Below the pieces are notes generated by a model that worked only from the letters and a program-made list of their open reading frames with translations, was not told where the DNA came from and ran no database searches. DNA of 64,000 nt from NCBI GenBank assembly GCA_000002435.2, contig CM018792.1; one strand, written 5' to 3'. Below, in pieces: positions 38,654 through 47,416 of the stretch. The translations under genes were made by a program, and so were the position numbers. Numbering within the stretch: position 1 is the stretch's first letter; each line of letters begins with the position of its first letter. This DNA comes from Giardia intestinalis. Lineage: Eukaryota.

Positions 38654-40822
38654 TCACATTAGTCCGATTCGTGAGCTCACTATTGAAGAATTGCTAGAGA
38701 GTTTTGGAGGCATGTTCACCTTATTAGTCTTTTTCTTACATACAAACCACCAGACAAGAAACCCTATTACGCCTGCTATTGCCAATATTGCGATAGTAAC
38801 CCCTACTGCGATACCTGTTGCATTAGATCGAGACCCTGTCTCATTCTGAGGTTGGGTGCTATACTCAAGGCAATGAACAGGGCCATGTCCAGTGGACGGA
38901 GCCTTGCACTTGGTGCAGTTGGGAACCCCCATAATGAGAGAGCCACTGTCCGTTGAATCGCACTTAAAGCAGTACCTATTGTTGACAATAGCATAGGTTG
39001 ATTGACAGCTGGTACAGTAAAGATCAGAATTACAGCTCATACACCCTTCGCCGCAATGAATGCATTTCCGGGTCTGTGTGTTTCCAATGTAAGGACCAAG
39101 AGTCGCGCAATCGGATACACAGGATCCGTCGGGTGCTAGAAAGAAGTTCTCCTGACAGCGATCACACGTTGACGGATCTGTCTGGCAAAGCTCGCAATTT
39201 TTCATTGAGCATGAAGTTGAAGAGATGCAGTGAACCTGATTAAAATTGGGAACCATTCCGGTAGTACAAGCACTACATTTTAACTCAGTCGTCGTGTAAC
39301 CGCCTTTGTAACAGCGAATGCAGTTTGGTATCCCTGTAAAGGTACTGCCAGACTGGGTAGATGAGCAAGCAATGCAGTTTCCCACTGATCCTGGAACATA
39401 CTGTTCCGGGACACAGTCTGTACACTGGTTTTCTCCAGGGCCTACACAAGCCCTACAGCTGGAATGGCACTTCTCGCAGGCACCAGTAGCACTGTCTCCA
39501 TAGTAGTGATTGTCATCACTGTTCTGAGTGCTGCAGTTACTCACACACGTTTTATTATCAAGAGCAAGATAGGTGCGCATGTGGCACACAGCACACCTTG
39601 TCGTATCCGTAGTGTTGCACGTTTTGCATGCAAGGATGCTACAGTCACCCTCGGGAGGTCCAGGCGGCGTAACAGCATTGCAGTGATTATTTTGAGGAAC
39701 CGATCCATCAGAGCATTTCGTACAAGTTAATGTGGATTGCGCATATGAACACTCCACACAGTTTGCAATACCCTGTCTAGCTGTATCGCTACATGAAACG
39801 CATGCTTGCATATCACTCGCAGTAGGATTGGTGAACAGACCAGATGCTGTGCTTGTGTTACACTGCAGGCATCTGCCACCGACATCCACATCTCCAGAGC
39901 AGATGGACCTAGCCAGAGTGGAGTACCTGTGATAGCAGCCTCCATAGTGGTAAACAAACTTCTTCTCAGCACACTGTGTACACCGTCCACCACTACATGT
40001 GCACATAAGGTTAAAGTCACTACAATCACCGTCTATAATCGCTAAACCGGTGTTCTTACATTGCTTGCAGCATATAGTATCAGCTACGTGAATCTGATTG
40101 GATACTTCACAGATTTTGGGGGCATAATTTCCGTTGGCCAAAAGACACGTGGATGCAAACTGCAGAAAGCCTGCTCCACAACGGTTACAATATGTAGATC
40201 CAGACGACGTAGAATGCACACACCCCGAAAGGGCATCCTCTACGCCTCCGATGGGAACACACTTGTTGTCTATGGCTACTTTGTCTCTGTCAGCGCAGCC
40301 ATGACAGATGACCACAAAACCGCCTGTGCTGCCATCGTCTGGAATTGCCGTGCACAGGTTGCACCCGGAAGTACCATCTGACTCAAAGCATGCAATGCAA
40401 GACTGAGTTGTGGAGGATTTCTTCGGATTATCAGTATATCCATCTTGGTTGCACTGAGTACAATAACCGTCAACCAGTTGCTCATTCTCATCATCAACAA
40501 AGTCACATACTAGACTTCCAGCGCTGTCCGTGCTGATGTTGAAGCAGCTACCGTAATGGAGAAAATAACCTTTAGTACATCTAGTGCATCCTGCTGCCGA
40601 ACAAACGTTTCCTTGTGCGTCATTTGCAGATACACATCTACCGTTTATAGGAACCTTCTCTGTTGCACATTTAGAACAGTATTTGAGATCATTTATAGAG
40701 ATTGTACAAGAGCCAGACACACCACCGCAGTCACTATCAGATGTGCATCCGGCAACAATAGAGGCCTTAATAATTACTGTAACTAGAATCATGGCTAGGG
40801 ATGTGTGCAAAGAAGTCATCAT
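38654..40822 (-). CDS. High cysteine membrane protein (HCMP)
   Basis: It has a signal peptide (MMTSLHTSLAMILVTVIIKASIVAG), 722 aa of CxxC/GxC repeats, and a C-terminal TM (IAVGVTIAILAIAGVIGFLVWWFV) with a basic tail KKKTNKV... and no CRGKA. The ATG at 40820-40822 was verified and has an AT-rich upstream sequence. Confidence 0.8.
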   Translation of the reverse strand: MMTSLHTSLAMILVTVIIKASIVAGCTSDSDCGGVSGSCTISINDLKYCSKCATEKVPINGRCVSANDAQGNVCSAAGCTRCTKGYFLHYGSCFNISTDSAGSLVCDFVDDENEQLVDGYCTQCNQDGYTDNPKKSSTTQSCIACFESDGTSGCNLCTAIPDDGSTGGFVVICHGCADRDKVAIDNKCVPIGGVEDALSGCVHSTSSGSTYCNRCGAGFLQFASTCLLANGNYAPKICEVSNQIHVADTICCKQCKNTGLAIIDGDCSDFNLMCTCSGGRCTQCAEKKFVYHYGGCYHRYSTLARSICSGDVDVGGRCLQCNTSTASGLFTNPTASDMQACVSCSDTARQGIANCVECSYAQSTLTCTKCSDGSVPQNNHCNAVTPPGPPEGDCSILACKTCNTTDTTRCAVCHMRTYLALDNKTCVSNCSTQNSDDNHYYGDSATGACEKCHSSCRACVGPGENQCTDCVPEQYVPGSVGNCIACSSTQSGSTFTGIPNCIRCYKGGYTTTELKCSACTTGMVPNFNQVHCISSTSCSMKNCELCQTDPSTCDRCQENFFLAPDGSCVSDCATLGPYIGNTQTRKCIHCGEGCMSCNSDLYCTSCQSTYAIVNNRYCFKCDSTDSGSLIMGVPNCTKCKAPSTGHGPVHCLEYSTQPQNETGSRSNATGIAVGVTIAILAIAGVIGFLVWWFVCKKKTNKVNMPPKLSSNSSIVSSRIGLM

Positions 40823-40863
40823 TTAATCTTTAAATTTTTGTTCCGCATGTAGAGTAGAATAGG

Positions 40864-42045
40864 TTACAACGTTAACGTTTCTAACCGCTCTATGCTCGTG
40901 TGCATTGTTGGAGAAAGGGTATTGTCATATCCTGCCTCTAGAAGCAGCCTTATTTCGAGATCACTTAAGGGCGCATAGGGGAGAGTGGGAAGAACGTGAT
41001 CAATACATAGAGCAATGTCGTCTACGTTGTCGCTAGTTGAGCAAAGCAGGCCTTCTCCGTCTGCCTTGCAAATCTCCTTTATGACCTGTCCCAAACCGTC
41101 TACAGACTCAACCCCTATAGATTCATATAGTTGGCGAATTTCTTTGCCCAACGAATCTTCTCTTATCCGTAGAAGAGGCGCAAGGAACATAGCTGACGAT
41201 TTCCCAATATTGGACCCATGCCTATAGGAGACTGCTGATCCCAAGTATGTCAAAAACCCGATGCCTAGTTTGTTTTGTAGCAGGCCAATCTCCACTGCAC
41301 ACGCTGCAAGAGCATATATAAAGTCTCGCTTCTTTAAGTACTCAGTGTTGAATGATTTTAGGTAGGGTCTGATCCCCAGGAGCCAAGCATCGTATGTATG
41401 CACGAGGAGACGAAGATAGACCGGCTGACATTCAGGATAAAGGGAAACACCTCCTGCCAGTAGATACTCGGCTGCATTCACTATACCCATCAAGAATGCA
41501 GGGATGCTCATGGCCGGTGTCAGCGTCTCAAAGTACGTGGTGCTTAAAAGAACAGTTTCTGCTCTTAGGGTACAAATTATACTAATGCAATGCTTGCAGC
41601 GATGATCCATCAAGACTGTGAGCCGGGTGGACAGGGCTCCACAGCCAGGACCCGTGGGGATTAGTATGAGCGGTGTCCTGACGCTGCTAGTCTCGTGGTT
41701 TGATGCCACAAACTTTGCAACGCTCAGCACAGAACCCCCACCAATCGCAATTAAAAAGCTTGCGCCACTCTTCCGAAACGTCTTCGTAGCCAGGTGGGCT
41801 GACGTTACAGATGCGCCCGATTCTAGTATCTTATGGTGCTGGTATGCAATAGAGAGTTGCTCGAGGGCTCCTATGACATCTGCCATTGCCCCGGACTGAT
41901 GCCCGGATTGCATCCCAGTAATGAGCATGCAGCGCTCCTCTGCTAGCGGCATCAATATAGTTAGCAATCTAGGGAAGATGTTATCCGGCATTTCAACGTT
42001 AAGCCCGTTCAGTCGCGCTATGTCGTCCATCACTGCTTGGTTCAT
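40864..42045 (-). CDS. Fe-alcohol-dehydrogenase-like protein, divergent paralog with degenerate cofactor/metal motifs (possible pseudoenzyme)
   Basis: AIGGGSVLSVAKFVA aligns to the GGGSxxDxAK motif, but the Asp is replaced by Ser. The C-terminal region SYRHGSNIGKSSAMFL aligns to the His cluster with one His replaced by Ile. The ATG at 42043-42045 was verified. An alternative ATG at 41989-41991 would remove the 47-nt overlap with the upstream EF-hand gene. Confidence 0.6.
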   Translation of the reverse strand: MNQAVMDDIARLNGLNVEMPDNIFPRLLTILMPLAEERCMLITGMQSGHQSGAMADVIGALEQLSIAYQHHKILESGASVTSAHLATKTFRKSGASFLIAIGGGSVLSVAKFVASNHETSSVRTPLILIPTGPGCGALSTRLTVLMDHRCKHCISIICTLRAETVLLSTTYFETLTPAMSIPAFLMGIVNAAEYLLAGGVSLYPECQPVYLRLLVHTYDAWLLGIRPYLKSFNTEYLKKRDFIYALAACAVEIGLLQNKLGIGFLTYLGSAVSYRHGSNIGKSSAMFLAPLLRIREDSLGKEIRQLYESIGVESVDGLGQVIKEICKADGEGLLCSTSDNVDDIALCIDHVLPTLPYAPLSDLEIRLLLEAGYDNTLSPTMHTSIERLETLTL

Positions 42046-42514
42046 GATTTTTGGAATCCTTGCATTTCCTTAGGATGGCGCGTAGCTGTTCATATGTGAA
42101 TTTTTCACTGCCATCGGGCGCATGTTCGTTTTGAAAGTGGGCCCATCTCGTATCTGCTACACTGGCTCCGAACTTCTCGAGCAGACACCTCAGTTGGTTG
42201 ATGTGGATTGTTCCAGTAGACGCTGGATCAAGGGTTTCTACCAGCATCGTGAAGATCTCATCCTCCTGAGGTTTATTGGTCAAAAGAATAGCTGCTCTTT
42301 CAACATCATACACAGTGTACCTTCTCTCTGGATGTATTTGCAAAGCCGATAGTACCTCGTTTAGAGAGTCTCCACTTGTAGCAAACCCGGAGCTTAGCAG
42401 CACATTGCTAAGTTCGTCAAATGTGAGAAAGCATCCACCCGTTTGCAGGCATGACCCTAGCACTTCTTCACACCGGCTCCACTCTTCACCAAACTCACAC
42501 TTGTCCAGTTCCAT
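41999..42514 (-). CDS. Small EF-hand-like protein (171 aa)
   Basis: It has helix-loop-helix pairs such as FLTFDELSNVLL and EIFTMLVETLDPASTGTIHINQLRCLLEKFG. The ATG at 42512-42514 was verified and is preceded by an AT-rich sequence. The assignment is tentative. Confidence 0.4.
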   Translation of the reverse strand: MELDKCEFGEEWSRCEEVLGSCLQTGGCFLTFDELSNVLLSSGFATSGDSLNEVLSALQIHPERRYTVYDVERAAILLTNKPQEDEIFTMLVETLDPASTGTIHINQLRCLLEKFGASVADTRWAHFQNEHAPDGSEKFTYEQLRAILRKCKDSKNHEPSSDGRHSATERA

Positions 42515-42557
42515 TTATGGCTTACGTATTTATACGTTTACTGTTATCTGTAGCGCT

Positions 42558-45500
42558 TCAGGACAAGTACCTCTTTAATTGCGGACCTGTTGCATACGCG
42601 CTAACTGTTGTGCCATCAAGCTGGACCACATCCTTTTCGTATGGGTACAGGATTTCGTAGCAATCAAGATGATCGCCTTGTGCTGCAGCCATCAATGCGG
42701 TGAATCCTGCGCCGTTTGGATGGCTTGCGTTTGTTCTGAACCCAGACTCGCTGGTGACAAGCAACTTCACGATCTCTGTGCGGCCCAGAGTAGCTGCTTC
42801 CATAAGCGCTGTGACCCCTTGGTTGGTGGTCATGCCGGCCTCATATTCTATAAGTAATTCAACGATGTGGTCGTGTCCGTGACGAGCTGCCGACATAAGT
42901 GCGGTGAATCCTGTTTGTGTTTGAAGTCCTGCCTCGGCTGAGAGTAGCAGCTCGACTATATCCGTATGCCCCTTAAAAGCCGCTAGCATGAGGGCCGTGA
43001 CTCCGCTGACATCCGACATGCCTGCTTCATAACTAGATAAGATTCTAACACACTCTGTATGACCCTGAAACGCTGCGTGCATAGTAGCGGACCACGACTT
43101 GAGATCTTGACGCCCATGCTCGTACTCGGCAAGAAGGGCGACCATAGCATCGTGTCCGCTTGTTGCTGCAAGCATAAGGGCTGTATTCTTTTCTTGGTCC
43201 ACTAAACCCTGCTGAAGCCTCCGCAGACAGTAACATAGAGGCAAGTCGTTGCTGATGGCAGCTATCATCAGCTCTGTCTGCTGGTTGTTGGTACGCCGAT
43301 AGGAGGAAACGTCAGGAGCTTCTACCGGAGCAAGAACTTCGGCTACGTTTATATGGCGATGAAGAAGCGCTAGATGCATTGCTGTGACACCGTCAGTGTT
43401 CCGCTTCAGCCCAGCCTCCCTTGGAATGAGAATTTTAACACATTCCTCGTATCCATAGATAGCTGCAAGCATCAGTGCCGTATTTCCGTGGTTATCTGTG
43501 GCAGTTGCGTAGATGTCCTGTGTTTGCCACACGCCAATCAAATCATTGTTCATTACTGCTATGTGAAGAGGAGTATATCCATTGGCATCATATTTAACAT
43601 CGCGGTCCTCTACCTTGGTCTTTTCAAGCTTCTTTCGAAGAGACGCGTTTCGCATCAGTGTTTGTAGGTTTCGCTGCACAAATAGTTCAGCGCCCTTGAT
43701 GAGATTGTGCTGATCGATAAGACCTAGATGCAGCTCTGCATTGTACTTTTTTAAGGAGGCTTTCTCCCAGATAGAGTCAGATATGAGAGTTGCAATGCCC
43801 AGCCTATTTGCCTTTAAAGCATGCTCCAATAACTCATACCTTATATCAGTCCGGTCTGGATCAAGACGCCGCACAAACTCCCAAATGCTCACTATATCGT
43901 TGTCATCAATGGCTGCATGCCCGAAGCGAATCTGCTTGTCTATATCCCTTGGGTTATACTGTGCACGCACTGCAATTGCCTGTCCATCGGTTTGGGACAG
44001 CTCTGCCGCAACTTCGTAGTGTTGAGATAAGAGTGCAAGCACAAGAGCAGACTGTCCATGTATGTTGCATTGATCAATATTCTTGCTATGCCGAGTCAGT
44101 GATGGCAAACACTCAATCATCCCAGTTTCGGAAACTAACATCAACGGTGTTACATTATTGTGATCTGCTGCAGAGGCCTCGAAGTGGGATAGAGCATCTA
44201 TGACCTCACGATTCCCCCTATCTATGGCTAGCATCAATGCCGTTTTCCCAGCTCCATTTCGAATATGAGCCTCCTTCGGCGCCAGAATAGAAATGAGAGA
44301 CACATTATCCGATAAAACTGCCATGTGAAGACACGTGTTTCCGTGATCATCAACCTGCCCTGCCTCATACTGAACCAGAATCTGACTGGCCCGGAGTAAA
44401 GAGAGAGCGCACGCATTCATCAGCGCCGTCCTATTGTGCGAGTCACGAATACGTGCTTCAACAGCGGCCAAACATGGAATACATGCAAATGACTTAGATG
44501 CAACAGCGATATGAAGAGCTGTGTCTCCATAATTGTTGCGAATACACCCCTCGGTACGTACAAGTATGCTAGCTAGGTTCTCCTTATTGTCCTTCACAGC
44601 ATACATGAGAGCAGTACACCCATGAGAATCAACAAGGCCCGACTCAACAGCTGCAAGCATCTCCACCAGATCCAGTGACCCCAGTTGTACGGCATACATA
44701 AGAGCGGTTCGTCCATCCAGATCCTGAAATCCGGCCTCAATGATCACAAGCTCCTTTGCGGCCCTCAGTGACCCGCTCTGAATGGCAAGCATAAGACTCG
44801 TTTGATTATTGCTAGTAACAGTACGAGCATACTTCATGTTTATTTGGACCTGGTAGAGGTCATCCGAAACAGCGGCATGCATCAGCGGGGTAGCGTCGAA
44901 GTCAAGTTCCACTTGTTGACGTCGGGATAAAGCGTCCACTTCAGCCTTCGTTGCTGAAGATTGTAGAGAGTGTTGTAGCTGTTCCAACGCTTCGTGGGTC
45001 GTTGTAAAACCATTAACAGCATCAGAAATGTGTTTGGCAGTATCTAGGTCACTATGAGAGAGCTTTTCTTCAATGTGTGTAAGGCCAGCACCCGGCTTGT
45101 TGTTGGCGTGACAGGGAATGAAGTTGTCAAGCTTCTGCATTGTACTAATCGGAGACGCAGTCTGACTCGTTCGACTATTACTACCTAAACTGCTACCGGG
45201 GCTTTTCAAGGTTGGAGTGAGGCTGTGAAAGAGAACTTCGTTCTCCCCTTTGTCCTCCATAGCACTCTTGGTCAAGTTCTCATCTCGGCACGCACTGTAA
45301 TGCACAACATAATTTTTACGATTGCTGGGATCCTTTGCTGCATTCATTTTCGGGAATTCATGCCTGTTTTCATCATCTAACTGCTTACCTGGCCGTCCAT
45401 CTGGAGACACAAAGTTACCATCCAATGCCTGTCCATCACGTGTATTCCCTTGTTCTTCCTGTATCTGTAAGTCTGCCGGCTTAGTTAACTCTGTCTGATG

Positions 45501-46316
45501 GATTCCAGGATTTGGTTGCTCAGGTAAAGACAATATCTGCCTGAGAACACGTTGTGGAGACACACCCCTAAGCTGAGGAGAAGAGCATGATGTCCTGTAA
45601 TGACTTGTCACTAGAGTACTAGCGTTCTCTATCTGCTTGTTGGTAAGGAGCCAGTTATCCAACCAAGACGCTATCTGCCTGTAGCCTTCTCGTGCAGCTA
45701 ATCTGGCGCACTCAATAAGATCGCATTTTCCCAAGTTTCCATGCTTCACCAAGAGCTTCACAATCTCAAGGTAGTTCCCCATGATAGCGTATTCAAGGGC
45801 TCCCATGCCATTTGAGTCTCGCTCAGGGCCTAAGAACCCCAGTAGTTCCTTGCAACATTCATAGGAACCTGCTTCTGCAGCTATCATGAGAGCCGTCCTA
45901 CAGTCGGGGAGAATGACCAGTCGCTCCAGAGGGGCAAGAACTTTGCAGCATGCAGTGTTATTTGACTGACATGCATACATCAGAGCAGTGAAGCCTGTAC
46001 GTGTGGTAGCACAGGACTCAGAAATAGCGAGGATCTGGCACATTTCCGCGTCCCCAAGGATAGCTGCCCGCATTAGGCCTGTCATGCCGTCTTCGTCTCT
46101 CCTTCCCCCAAATATTGCTATGCTTGTCTTGACCTGAGCATACTTCCTGCTACAGATCCCGTTAAACCAGTCATGAACACTCGTGAGCATAAGACAAATT
46201 TTTGGGTGAGTGTAATACTCGCGTCTTAAGGATCGATAAACCACGTAGGCTTCTGCATGATGCTTGCTCTCTAAGGCCGACAGGCAATTGTTAATTTTGT
46301 AGAACTGAAGTGACAT
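42558..46316 (-). CDS. Ankyrin-repeat protein, 'Protein 21.1' family (1252 aa)
   Basis: There are more than 20 ankyrin repeats with the characteristic G-TALM-AA--GH--V--LL pattern across most of the length. The ATG at 46314-46316 was verified. Confidence 0.8.
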   Translation of the reverse strand: MSLQFYKINNCLSALESKHHAEAYVVYRSLRREYYTHPKICLMLTSVHDWFNGICSRKYAQVKTSIAIFGGRRDEDGMTGLMRAAILGDAEMCQILAISESCATTRTGFTALMYACQSNNTACCKVLAPLERLVILPDCRTALMIAAEAGSYECCKELLGFLGPERDSNGMGALEYAIMGNYLEIVKLLVKHGNLGKCDLIECARLAAREGYRQIASWLDNWLLTNKQIENASTLVTSHYRTSCSSPQLRGVSPQRVLRQILSLPEQPNPGIHQTELTKPADLQIQEEQGNTRDGQALDGNFVSPDGRPGKQLDDENRHEFPKMNAAKDPSNRKNYVVHYSACRDENLTKSAMEDKGENEVLFHSLTPTLKSPGSSLGSNSRTSQTASPISTMQKLDNFIPCHANNKPGAGLTHIEEKLSHSDLDTAKHISDAVNGFTTTHEALEQLQHSLQSSATKAEVDALSRRQQVELDFDATPLMHAAVSDDLYQVQINMKYARTVTSNNQTSLMLAIQSGSLRAAKELVIIEAGFQDLDGRTALMYAVQLGSLDLVEMLAAVESGLVDSHGCTALMYAVKDNKENLASILVRTEGCIRNNYGDTALHIAVASKSFACIPCLAAVEARIRDSHNRTALMNACALSLLRASQILVQYEAGQVDDHGNTCLHMAVLSDNVSLISILAPKEAHIRNGAGKTALMLAIDRGNREVIDALSHFEASAADHNNVTPLMLVSETGMIECLPSLTRHSKNIDQCNIHGQSALVLALLSQHYEVAAELSQTDGQAIAVRAQYNPRDIDKQIRFGHAAIDDNDIVSIWEFVRRLDPDRTDIRYELLEHALKANRLGIATLISDSIWEKASLKKYNAELHLGLIDQHNLIKGAELFVQRNLQTLMRNASLRKKLEKTKVEDRDVKYDANGYTPLHIAVMNNDLIGVWQTQDIYATATDNHGNTALMLAAIYGYEECVKILIPREAGLKRNTDGVTAMHLALLHRHINVAEVLAPVEAPDVSSYRRTNNQQTELMIAAISNDLPLCYCLRRLQQGLVDQEKNTALMLAATSGHDAMVALLAEYEHGRQDLKSWSATMHAAFQGHTECVRILSSYEAGMSDVSGVTALMLAAFKGHTDIVELLLSAEAGLQTQTGFTALMSAARHGHDHIVELLIEYEAGMTTNQGVTALMEAATLGRTEIVKLLVTSESGFRTNASHPNGAGFTALMAAAQGDHLDCYEILYPYEKDVVQLDGTTVSAYATGPQLKRYLS

Positions 46317-46349
46317 TCCGCGGCCTTTGCGCGGAAGAAACTTTTAAAA

Positions 46350-47324
46350 ATGTCGACGTACACTTCCCTTAATGCGTCCTTCGGCAGCTCTGCGGGGACG
46401 AGGATGACTGCCTTTCCAAACTCAGCAGAGATGATTGAGACGGCGGTTCCCCATGCCACGCAGAGAAGGCTCTCGTCTGGTTCGGGCGCCCTCCACGACT
46501 TCCATGACAAGGTTTTCACGCAGAATATGACCTCTCCATCTAACCTCATAGGCTCTGGTCGCTTCGTTAACTCGAGGGTCGGCGATCCCGCGAGCTATGG
46601 GCTGGCACGCGACTTCTTTTCATTTGATAGCCACAGGCTTCCTGATGTCAAGGTATCTGGTGGTTCTCTCTCCTCGTCTCTTTCCTCCAGTCGAAACGTC
46701 AAGGAGCCGATGCCCCTCATGTCCCAGACGGCTGAAACCCTGGCCATGGTAGGGTCGTGCCATAGCAAACCTATCTACACTGTCTACGACAAGGGGACTT
46801 CGCGTGTCTTCGGTCCGGGCAACGAGACCATGTTTGCCAGAGATAAGATCTTTACAGGGGTGGTTTCATACCCCATGAGGCCGTCTCCGAAGTGGAGCTT
46901 CCGCTCGTCTGACTACCCCACCGATAACAAGGTTATCCCGCCGTTCATCGGCGATGCTGAGACGGGTCGGTACGCACATTCTGGGCGCCTTTCGTCCAGC
47001 GACATCATTAAGCCAAGCGCGTACAAAACTTACGGTACTTCGTCGGAGGCTGTCTATGTGCCCTCTGTTGCACGCTACAACTCGGTCCTCCCAGTTTCGG
47101 TGACCCGTACCACAAGCGCAGGCCTGAGGTCTTCTTCCTCATCCTTCTCAAGCCACGTCGCACCGGTCGCCGCAGCTCTCGATAACCTTGGCGCTAGCTT
47201 CAGCAAGATGGGCAGAGGAAGCTCCATGGGCAGCAGGAGCCTCTCCGTTAGTACTGCGCCGGGTACCATGCGCATCTCAAGGAATTACACGCTTGATTCG
47301 TTAGCAAACGTCTCTGTTTATTGA
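46350..47324 (+). CDS. Ser-rich hypothetical protein, member A of a tandem paralog pair (shared YGLARDFF and VSTAPGT-R motifs)
   Basis: The ATG at 46350 was verified (cttttaaaaATG). It contains RVGDPASYGLARDFFSF and the C-terminal SLSVSTAPGTMRISRNY. AGTAAAC lies at 47337-47343, 13 nt after the stop. Confidence 0.55.
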   Translation: MSTYTSLNASFGSSAGTRMTAFPNSAEMIETAVPHATQRRLSSGSGALHDFHDKVFTQNMTSPSNLIGSGRFVNSRVGDPASYGLARDFFSFDSHRLPDVKVSGGSLSSSLSSSRNVKEPMPLMSQTAETLAMVGSCHSKPIYTVYDKGTSRVFGPGNETMFARDKIFTGVVSYPMRPSPKWSFRSSDYPTDNKVIPPFIGDAETGRYAHSGRLSSSDIIKPSAYKTYGTSSEAVYVPSVARYNSVLPVSVTRTTSAGLRSSSSSFSSHVAPVAAALDNLGASFSKMGRGSSMGSRSLSVSTAPGTMRISRNYTLDSLANVSVY

Positions 47325-47416
47325 TAGTCTTTGCTGAGTAAACAAGGTCTCCTTTGCGCTCGTCGGGGGACGGCTAAAAATTCTGTTCCGCGCACTTTTC
47401 TTAAAAAGAAAATAGG

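Noticed and set aside
42579-44416. Multiple 60-140-aa ORFs inside or antisense to the 1252-aa ankyrin gene (for example 43790..44203 +, 43374..43667 +).
   Set aside because: They are nested within a continuous, repeat-supported ankyrin CDS on the opposite strand, and there is no independent evidence for them.
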